DNA from: Amoebophrya sp. A120
Taxonomy: Eukaryota; Protista; Dinoflagellata
DNA: 64,000 nt
NCBI GenBank assembly: GCA_905178155.1
Contig: CAJINV010000015.1
Location: 2,005,730-2,069,729 of the forward strand
Direction: 5' to 3'
The position numbers and the translations under genes were made by a program. The stretch's first letter is position 1; each line of letters starts with the position of its first letter. The notes under the pieces were generated by a model, which was not told the DNA's origin, searched no databases, and saw only the letters and a list, made by a program, of their open reading frames with translations. Below are positions 49,727 through 60,200 of the stretch, piece by piece.

Positions 49727-52700
49727 TCATTTGTACACAAGTTTCACACTCGGAATCTGCACATCAATGTCGTCTGCGTCTGTGCTGGTAACTTCAATCG
49801 CGAGGAACTTCTTGTACGCCGGCAGTTTTGTTTTGGTCATATGCAATGCAAAAGCATCGCACTAGTGTCAATTGCATTACAAATTAGCCACGCATTACAA
49901 ATTAAATTTGTAATGCTGAACTACCTTGGCATGGAGATTTGTAATGCATAAATGCAATCACTACGAGTACGATACTTTTGCACAGGATAGGTCACCGTCT
50001 CAAACAAGTCCGTGACCTTTTCCGCGGTTCTCTTTTTGTGCGACGGCAGAAACGCGTTGTACAAACACGCGTTGCCGGACGAGAGAATCACGATGTCGCA
50101 CCCGTACCGGTCCTGAATGGTGTCGATCAGTTTTTTCAGCGTGATGTCGTATCCTGTGTAAAAGTATCGCACTCGTATTGCAATCATGCATTACAAATAT
50201 CTTTCTCAAGGCAAATCAGCATTACAAATTCAATTTGTAATGCTGAGAAAATTTGTGATGCATTTCTACTAGTACTTTTACTTTTGCAATTCATATGTCG
50301 CCACTGTCCACGATCACCTTGTCCCAGCTCGTAAAGCCCTCCGGAATTGCCCGCACCGGGCCCGCCAGGATCGGGTCCATGTCGCGGGACTTTACCCGGA
50401 TCGGCTCCGAAGGTTCTGAGAGCACGAAGAGCGGCAGGGCGAGGTTCACAAACGCATTTTTGAAGGGCTCGAGCAGTTTCGCGTCGAATTTGGTGGAGTC
50501 CAAATCCGGGTGCTGCAGCTGCAGGGCGACGATCTTGTAGAGCTCGCAGAGCACCAAACCCGTGATCATCGCGGTAGTAGTGGCGATGGCCGGGATGATT
50601 TTGCCCGCAATCATTTTCACCTTCATAAAATCCGCCTCCTGAATGCTGTAATTCCGCGCGCGGAGGTTGGCGCAGGCGGCGATGAAGGCGATGTGGAAAT
50701 TTGTGTCGTCGTCCTTCTCGAAATCAATCGGGAATAAGGTTCGCAGCTGGGTAGTTTCACTGGCTGCAGACACTTTTGCCAGCAGCTCGGCGGAAAGCGC
50801 GTCGGCTGTGATAGAGCAGTTTGGATTTGGATTTTGATGCTCAGAACGATTTCATAGTACTTCAAGTTGTGTACTGATTACGAGAACAAAAGGATCGTGG
50901 AAATGCGTAAAAACCGCTGCTCCACCTCGAGAGTCGTTGTCGTCGAGCGTCAAATCTAGCAACAGCATGCAGTAGGATACGGAAGGGATTCCTCTAATTA
51001 CCTTTAGTCAAAAGCTCTTGTACCTGCAATTGTATCGTCTGCCGCTCCTTCTTCCACAGTGTCATTGTCATTCACTTTGATTTTCACTCCCTGCTTTGCT
51101 TGAAACGGCTCCACCGTGCAGCCTTTCGCCAGTTTCCGAATCACCTCCTTGTCTTGCACGACCTCCTCACCGAGGTTGTTCAGCAGCAAATTGACGCAAC
51201 CGTGAATGTACCCCAGATGCGTTTCATCAGAGCTGTCAAACCCGATCACCCGCGGCATTCTTTTCGGCCCGGACCAGAACAGCGCGCCCTCGGAGGTCAC
51301 GTGGTCTGCTGGGAAGTTGTGCAGCAGTTGGCCAATCTGGTGGCAGAAATCTTCCTGGAATTGGTTGACCGCGTATTGGGTCAGGGTTTGCTTCAACTGG
51401 TCACTACTCGTGGATTTCTCAACCAACATTCTCTTCACTGCCCTCAACTTGGTCACCTGTGCGGACGCTGCGGATTCTTGCTTCAGTTTTTGCAGAAATT
51501 TCTCCGGATTTTCGAGGAAAGTGTTGACCTCTTGGGCCGCATCCACGAAGCACTTCTGGAAGCTGTCGCGGGCCCACTCGATGGTGTGCTCAATTTGGTG
51601 CGGGAAATGCTGTTTTGATTTTTCATTCATGTCGTTCTTATGCCATGGGAACTACAACTACACTACAAACATAAAGCGCTTTGCATCCAAAAGATTATGC
51701 ATTTCATCAACTATTTGATTTGCAGCTGTCATCTCTGACTTTGTCATCTTTACCACGATCATCATAGTACGAGTACCTTCATCGTGCACAGCGGTATGCT
51801 TTCTTCTGGCGGATCCTGCGAGTCTCCGTAACTTTGCGTCAAGTGTGGCAGCACCACCTGGCTGTTTCCCTTCGTGCCGAGGGTCCCACTTTCGAGCAGG
51901 GGTCGCTCGTACCAGACGCACTTGCTGTCTACGTACAATCTCGCCTGCACGTTATCTAAAGCGTTGATGACGCAGTCCTGACGGTGCCATATCCCACAAA
52001 AAAACTGCTCCACTGTGATGATTTTGAAAGATCTGCATCACAAGTTTGTTACACATGACAGTGAAAATCTGTCATGCGCGCTTTTCAAGAGAAAACACGC
52101 TTGAAAATCCAATGTATTGCAGGTGTAGCAAGACAACTAGTTCTGTGTTCCATTTTCTGCATCACAAGTTCACAGTGAAACAGTTTTTTCTTGCGATATG
52201 CCAAAACTCGTCGTTAAAGGTGTCCTCGGTGTCCGGTCCCACCCGCACCTCCAGCTATCCCCTGTGAAAACGTAGTCACCCCAGAGCTCATGTAATGCAG
52301 ATATGCAACTGCAGGAACATTTGTGATGCGCAGCTCCATGGCAGGCGTTTCCAACCTTATTTTGGATTTTGTGATGTTGTAATCAGGATCAGAAAATGGC
52401 TTTGTCGTGCGGCTGCCTTTGCTAAACTGCGCTACAAGAGTCATGCGCGACTTCCAAAACTTCTGAATTTGTGTTGCTAAGTTCCCAACTTGACTCTGGG
52501 GTCGGGACGTTTTTACTTAGGATATCAGCGCGTTCACATTCAGTGCGCTGTTAAACTCCTTCGCTGATTCGCAGGCGGTGGAGGACTTGGCGGACCCGAC
52601 ATGCTCCCGGTGGAACAGAAACTGTCGGTTCAAATTGGACACCTCAATCCGGTCCATGTCGGTACAAGTGAGCTTCCCTGATGATGAAGATGAGGAGCCT

Positions 52701-55593
52701 GTCGCGCAACACCCCATCAACGCCAACCCCTTCAAAAACTCGCACCCCAACGCGCCCGCGCCGACGACGAAAAGGTTGAGCGATTGGAGCTTTTTCTGAA
52801 AACTTTCGCCAAAGATGGCAATCTGGTCGGCGTACCGGCTGGACTGCATGTTCAAGGTTAGTACATCCCCTACGTTATCGTTGATGCCCGGCATGATGAG
52901 CTCGAACATGTCGAGGTAGAGGTACTGGTGTAGCGGCGTGTACTTCCCCGTAAATTTCACGACCTCCTGCGCGATCAGCCCGCCGAGAAAGGCCGCGAAG
53001 CAGGGCAGAGAGCACTTTTCGTATTTCTGTATTTTCGCAATCAACTCCTCACTGACTTCGGTCTCACTAATTGGGAAGTTGGTCTCCGGCACCTGCTTCA
53101 TTTGCTCCAAATGGGTTTTCGCGGCGTCAACTGCTGATGTTTTTTGTTCTCGGGCAATTCGTACCCCTTCAAACGCGAGATGCATCTGCTCGGGACGCCC
53201 GATCTTGCTGAAATCGCACATGGGAAGGGCGTACTCGCTAGGGGCAACTGGGTTCAAGCGAGAGTCTTGCCAGGAGCGGAATTTCATGGGCTTCGGGACT
53301 TTCACTTGAGTCACAAGGCCCTCCCGCGTATACTGACCAAAAGCGGAGACGTCCTGGGAAGTAGATGGTGATTTCTTTGCATTCGAAATGTGTCCTTGAG
53401 CATCAATAAACCATCGAGCATGCTGCCTAAAAATTCTCATAAATTCTATATGACAAAGAGTTGTCAGTCTCCAATAACAGGAGCTTCCTTCAAAATTGCT
53501 ACTAATCCTACTGACCTAGTACCTTCACTCCTTCTGGCAGCTTTAGCACGAATTGGTATGGCCCGGTCACTCGAATTTCGTACTGTTTGTCGTTAATCCC
53601 GGTCATGCCCTCGACCTCCCGAAACGTTACGAAATCGCCGTCCTCGAACCCGTGCCGCTTGCTCTCGTGCGTCAACACTTCCCCCTTTTCGGAGATGTTC
53701 GCGATGATGGCCGTTTTTGGTTCCTCGCCGTTGCTGTCGCGGATCAAAAACTCGTTGCCAAAGTCCACAAAAACTTTCGCCGCCAGACCCGCATTCTCGA
53801 CAAAAATAAAGCCGGTGCTGCTGGCCCGGCATTTCTCATTCAGGTCGGTTATTTGCTGCGTTGCAAGTGGTATTCCGTCGGAAAGTATTCACAGTAAATC
53901 TACTCCCGTAAACGTACAAATGTGGTCTCTGCATGACAAAACTTAGCTCCGATCCTAGTTTAGCATGACAAGTGTTACAGTCCCAATTGGAAAAATTTGT
54001 GATGCATCTTGTACATGTACGGGAGATTTGTATTGCATAGAAAGCACAACGACGTCGAAATCCTGACTCGGTTTCAAATCCGCCAAGGACTTCACGCTCG
54101 AGTCGACCACTATCAAATGCAAAAATGTCTGGGTCTGGAAACTTGTGATGCAAGTCCGTGAACAATAAGTGCTCTGTAATGCGCCGCCAAGCATGGCAAG
54201 TTTTTTCGTGCTTCTGTGCTGCGTATTCCGCATGAGAAGCTGCGCTTTTGCATGACAGGCAAGAGGACCTCTTGGTGGCCACGCAATACAGAGTGCAGAG
54301 CCATGCCAGACTAGCATGACAAATCTCGCAAAAATCTCCCTGACCGAGACTACATATTTGCATTTGATAACCACCGTCACGGTCACATACGGATTCAGCT
54401 TCTGGAGCTTGGCGCAGCAGGCCTGGGCCCGGGTTTTTTTTTGCTTCACATCTTCCTCCGTGATGTAGAAATTGCGGCCCAAATCGCCCAGCTGGCAAAT
54501 CTCGGTGTCGTAGAGGAGAACCGCTTTGGGGCCAGCGAGCTGTTACAGTGAAAAATGCCCCCGCCCCCAAAGTTGGAATAACTTGTGATGCGAAGTTTCC
54601 AAATGAAAACTTTTTGCCATGCATGAAAGGAGCGTGAATCTTTCTGATACAGAGTCTAGTAGGCGTACATAGCATCGCTTGCATGAGAAGCGCTGTTCTT
54701 GCTGGGGTCTTTTGCAATACAAATTTTTGCTGTTCACAGTTGAAAATCTGTGATGCTGATAGCCGCGAGAGGGCGAGTGTTTCATTTGGAAACGTTTGCA
54801 ATACAAGTGCGCCCAAGGTCTGGCGTGGGGGCATTTTTCATTGTAATACGAGCACCAGATTCTTTGCGACCTCAATCCCCACGCCGGACAAACCCTGGAT
54901 GCAGACACGGAGTTTCACGAGCCTGCAGTTCCAGTTGTCGAAATTTGTATATATGTATGAAAAAAGTGATTTTTTGCATTTCTACTGATGAACTACGGAA
55001 CTGTAAGTTAGAACTACAAAACTTCTCATCAAGACCACATCGCTGCTGAATTTTCATGGTAGTTGCACAACTTCCAGATGTTGCTCGTGGTTGGGCAGGG
55101 TATTACCAATAGAATCGGGGGCAATACACAGTTGCTATGTAGTAACGAACAAGCGAGACTAGTACTTCTTACCTGCCCATCGTCTCCATTCCGAAGGTTC
55201 CGATTTGCCGTGAGTAGAGATCCTTGTTGGTCTATGCAGTGGGAAAAAAAGACCTAATTTTTGTGATGCCTTGTTCCTTAGTGCTTGAGTAATCAGATTC
55301 TTCGAGATGACGCAGTTTGTCACGCATCTTCGTCCAACGAATTTGCTATGCTCGACGTAAATAGACAATAGACGAGTTTGCTATGCTCGACGTAAAAGTC
55401 ATGTTTATGCAGCCACCACTTCGTATGATGCCTGCTACGATGTTGCAGCATAGCTGACTCTGCAATGCTTTTGATGCTTCTGGTGATCTTCGTGATGCGC
55501 GAAGAATTTATGCAAATAAAGCAGGCCGGTTTATTATGGTCTTGCAGCTGATATGATCTCCGGCTCCCGGGAATCGTCCTTCATCTCAACCAT
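49727..55593 (-). CDS. UBA1: Ubiquitin-activating enzyme E1, 13 exons (8 introner introns and 4 GT-AG introns)
   Basis: Reconstructed [59 protein letters not shown], catalytic PLCTMKHFP (Cys about 51786-51788), [25 protein letters not shown] introns at 54923-55172, 53354-53522, 51610-51776 and 50806-51023. Confidence 0.96.
49840..49989. mobile_element. Introner family A (UBA1)
   Basis: TSD GGTCA; joins ETVT|KTK. Confidence 0.92.
50150..50295. mobile_element. Introner family A (UBA1)
   Basis: TSD TGTCG; joins SGD|ITL. Confidence 0.93.
51990..52198. mobile_element. Introner family F-like (UBA1)
   Basis: TSD TGCCA; joins DEFWH|RQD. Confidence 0.92.
52256..52524. mobile_element. Introner family C (UBA1)
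   Basis: TSD CCAGC/TCAGC; joins VNAL|EVRVG. Confidence 0.92.
53886..54039. mobile_element. Introner family H (UBA1)
   Basis: TSD GAAAG; joins VVVLS|DG. Confidence 0.92.
54111..54369. mobile_element. Introner family B (UBA1)
   Basis: TSD ACCAC; joins VTVV|DSS. Confidence 0.92.
54541..54848. mobile_element. Introner, singleton type (TIR T(A/G)TTACA(A/G)TGAAAAATGCCCCC) (UBA1)
   Basis: TSD CGAGC; joins NLVL|AGPK. Confidence 0.92.
55233..55553. mobile_element. Eroded introner forming the first UBA1 intron
   Basis: TAT...ATA ends, TSD TGGTC/TGATC, many TGATGC motifs; joins EPEI|NKDLYSRQ. Confidence 0.78.
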
Positions 55594-57282
55594 TTTGTTC
55601 CTATATTTTTCTGCGTGTACTAGTTGAAGTAGAAGAGGCTTTCAGAAGTATCTACACAACAAGAACATCAATGAATGGAGTGATCGCATAAAAAAGGCGA
55701 CTTTGGTCTTTTTGTTCAAGCGAAAATTCGTTGTAGAGACTGTTGAAAGTGGGCTGTTCTCGTAGATAGTCGGTATTCCTACGGCGATCTTCTGCATGGG
55801 CGACTCTCCAAGGAGATTATACAGCAATGTGATAAAAACTCCGACGCGGCCAAGGAAATAGACCGGCGTTGGTCGCGCAATTCATTACTTACAGATAAAG
55901 AAGTGCTTCTATGTTGAGATCGCGGAAACCAGGTGCAGACAGACCTCCAGTTCTGATGGCCACAAAGCGGCTAACAAATCGTCCTCCCAAAAGCAATTCA
56001 TTGTTCATTGCAGACGATGTAGTGATAGAGAAAGGTGCACCAAGAAGATCCTCTGTCTTGCTCTTGCTTTGTTTATTTTACAGAAGAACTGAGCCTTTTT
56101 TTCGTGACTGGACGTGGTCGCTTTTTTTCTTTTCGCTTTGATCGCACGACCTCATTGGAGCTTCTTTGTCTTCCTTCTCTGTCAAATAGAGTCGAAGGTT
56201 AGAAGCACGTTGAACACACGTAGCGGGAACACCAACACGATCATGCCACATCATCGTGGGCTCCTTCATTCAGCGCTGCGTGTGAATTTTCATCTAGGGG
56301 TCGATCTACTACTTAGCTGATAATCTACAGTTTGGGATGATCGTGTCTTTCTTCAGAGGGGCTGAAGTAGTGTTGCTTGGGCTTCGCAACGTCGCGATCA
56401 AGATGCATAGAAATTCAACCTTTCAACACAAGAAAGGACCAGGGGAAAACTTTTGTCCGAGTCAGCATGTACTTAACTCGAAAGAAGAGAACGGAAAGAA
56501 AAACTTTTGAAGCTATGAACCGTTATCATCGGAATGAGTCGCCCGCAATATCGAATACCAAAAAAAATCTCAATTTAGGAAAAATCTAGCGTCGGTCTTT
56601 TATGCGGTAGATGTTGTTTGTTTGTTGTTTGTTTGTTTGTGTTCATGCGTCAAGGTGGGAACGCGTTTACTCACCTTTTTCCCTAGGCGTTTGTTTGTTC
56701 ATATTGGATACAACACGGAATCCGGTAAATGTTATTTTTTCTTTCTTGATGAAGATGATCATGACGTGCGAAGACTTTTTTGAAGGATTTCAATGAAAAC
56801 ACGCCGGGCGAAATATCGTTCATCGCCTGAATAAGACTACTTTTGTATATTTTTTTAGCATAGTTGGTTAGAAACCTGTTTGAAAAGATAACTCGAAAAA
56901 AAATGTGAGGAATTGGACGTGTTAGTTTTTTTTCTGTGGTGCTAGTGCTGCTGATCACGCGGAATGGGGGAAATAAAGAACTGACATATCATGTGCCAAA
57001 ATTTGTGAAAAAAAAATAGAAATCTGCCCGCCCCCTGGTCCGGTCGGTCGTGAGGACAACGACAACAACAACATCAACAACAAAAATACTTCCTGAAAAA
57101 TAAAACAGACTCTCCTGTCTCTTGCTTATGCGAAATCGATGAAGATGAGAGTGTGAATGCTAGAACCCCGCGCCTGCATTCTGCTGCGACGGACAACATC
57201 GTCCTCGCGTAATTAAACTTCGAACAAAAAGCCACATTCTCGAAAAGAGAAAACGCCACCTCTCGTCGCCCCGACCACCTTT

Positions 57283-60200
57283 TCACACCGAAAGCGAAAA
57301 TCCACTCAGGGACCGTTTGCTCGGCGTGTCGGCGTGTTTTTTTAAATGAAAACGACTTTCCGCTCTGGACTGGTCGGATGTGAGTGGGTACGGAGCAGCA
57401 ACAGCAGCACCGGACGTGGCTTGTTCGTCATGCTCCCCTGCGCCGGAGGTGGTCAGCTTCGTTTTCTCCAGACTGGAAGAAGGGGAAGTAGAGTCTTCTA
57501 CTTCATCCAGCTTCTCTTCCGAATCCCATCCCGTCCAGTCGTACGGTGTAAAACCGGTCCAGTCCGACCGCGCCGAAAACCTCTCACGGTACTTCTCCAT
57601 CCAATCTTCCGCTGTAGCCTCCTCCGGGTTCAGCTCCATTCCCCACTTAAGCAGGGCCATAGCGTGCTGTTGGTAGGCTTGTGCCTTTTCTTCAGCGGCA
57701 AGATTCTGCCACACTTCAAGCTGCATGCGCGCCACGTCGGCGCCTTCTGACGTCGGCACGAGGGCCCCGTATTCCAAGAGCTCAGCTGCCGGATCCCAAA
57801 ACCAATGTGCGAAAAAATTGCACAAAAAAATCCGTTGTTCTGACGCGTCAGCCGCACGAGCAGCAGAGCCGCAGTGTCCGGAGATCATTTCGAGGTAGCC
57901 CAGGGGATCCGGCAGCAATTGCAATGCGCGCTGCACCGAAATGTTGTCCTCCCCTACCAGTGTGAACATTTTCCCATCCATGATGCTTTTCAGGCACGCG
58001 AGGCCGTCCACCATGCACGTCATGGCGAAGCCGACAGCGGCATTTTTCGGAGTGCGACGGGAGAAGCTGAAGCCCGGAGTGCTGGCCGCAGTTTCGTCGC
58101 CGGAAGGAGCGGAAGAGGCAGGAGTTGTACTCGGCATTTTTGGCTCCATCCACAAAACCAGCTGATTGCCCTCTTCATCCTCTTCATTCCCGCTCGTAGC
58201 GAACATCATCGGGTCCACTAGTGATCCGCCTCCCATCGTGACGAACCAGGGGAACTTGGGGGCACCACGAGCATCACCCTCCGGGAACATGATTTCGTGG
58301 CTGTGCCCCGATACTGGAGGAAAATCCCCGCTTTCGGCCAACATCGTGTCGTCGTACGCTTCGCCCAACGTCGTGCCCGATTTCTCCTTGTTTCCAGTTC
58401 CCGCTTTCACAACCTTCCTGCCCGTTCTTTTCGCCGTCAGTTTATTCCGACGGCTAGCACGGGCTTGCAAGAACGCTGAAGAGGAGGCTCCTTCCCCGGA
58501 TAGCTCCTCGTCCTGCGACGAAAGTAGACTCAGCATCCAGTCGGGAAGTAGCTGTGGGGCTGCTAGGCTTTGCCCAGCATCAGCACCTTCATCGTCCTCC
58601 ACGACGACTCTCATCCACTTGGGAAAGTGCTGACTGGCCGCGTCCTGTGCGATTGTGGCAGCGCACTGCTGCAGATCGATGATGCAGAGGAGCACGGATG
58701 TCACGCCGACTTCTAGAAGTGTTTGATTTTCCTCTGTAGACAGCAGTGTCCGCGACACAAAGTCTCTCGTGCTCCGTTGTATGTGTTGTTTCATTTCTTC
58801 ATCCTCGGTTTCTGACTTAGGTTGTTCTTGTTCGATGCCACTCTCCGACGTTTCGCTGCTTCCTTGTTGCAGCTCCGAGACGGGACCACGACCATGTTGC
58901 AGACCACTGAGCTCTTGTGCCATGAACACCTCTTCCACGGTCATCGGCTTGGCGAGAAGTTCGGTTGTCAATGCCGCTGCGAGTTTTTCCTCGACTGAAG
59001 ATGCTGCTGCTGTACCTGCTGGATCGGAGGTGGGTGGACTAGTACTAGCCAGTCCCGCAGCAATCACCACTCCCGCTGCAATCTGCTCCGGCTGCAAGTG
59101 GTCACCTTCCGGGAACCGCTCGCGGACGCCGGTTAGCATGGCGCTGAGGGTTGGAACGCCGGAATGATCAAGAGCAGTATCCGTACTGCTAGTACCGATT
59201 TCCCCTGCAAGAAGTTTTCCTGCACAGGCGACCTGGCTGACCATGCAAAGCAGCCCGGTTCGGACAGCCGCCTGGGAGGAATGTTCGTCTTGTTCTTCTG
59301 CGGTTGTACTAAACGCCTTGGATAACCACTGCGGCAACAGATCTTGCTCCTGGGGCGGGTGCAGATGCTCCATTGAGGACAGAAAATCCGGATCAGCAAG
59401 ATGACGAGAGGTCTTCGCAAGGAGAAAGCTACTGGCACTTGTACCAGGTTCTCGCTCGGCTTCGGGAACAACGTCGTGGTAATCCCTGTACGCCCCCGCC
59501 AATTCCATGTGGAGCGCATCCCTCGCCACTTGGGCCGCACAGTATCCACAGTAAATTTCCCGCACACGTACAAACGCAATCTCTGCATGACAAAACTGGG
59601 CTTCGATCGTAGTTTAGCATCACAAGTGTCACACCCCAAATTGGTGAAATTTGTGATGCACTTTGTACATGTACGGAAAATTTGTATTGCATACACAGGG
59701 GCCGAACTTCTTCTCGAAAACGCATTTTAAAGCAGTCATCGGACTCCTCCACGAAAGGCTTTCAGTGGCGGTGCGCAAATTTGTGTACATGCTAATACTC
59801 CCGAGCAGCTCCTCCTCCATTTCTGCGTCAGGCGCGGCGCCGGACGCCAGCGCGAAGTCGATTCCCCCAAGCAGTTCCGACATGAGCACTTCAGTGACCA
59901 CGGGAACCAGCATCAAACCCGGCATTTCCATTGCCCCGCGCACCTGCTCCTCCGTGACCAAGCTATCAATCGCAACGTCCAGCGGGGTGCGCGCAAGACT
60001 GGTCAGCGCCGCCCCCAGATCGGCGTGCGGGACGTCAGAGAGCGCGCCGGTGAGAAGCTCCTTCAGGCAGGCTGCCTGCGACACCCCGCACACCAGGGCG
60101 ACCTCGGTGATCTTCTTGGTCTCCTCGGGAAGAGAACTATGGACAAGGAGAATTTGATACCGTGGTGCTGTCGCCCATTTCGAATAACGAACAACTACAC

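Noticed and set aside
55233-55541. Perfect TGGTC repeat at 55537-55541 as the intron boundary
   Set aside because: It gives the wrong frame; the TGATC copy at 55554-55558 restores [10 protein letters not shown].
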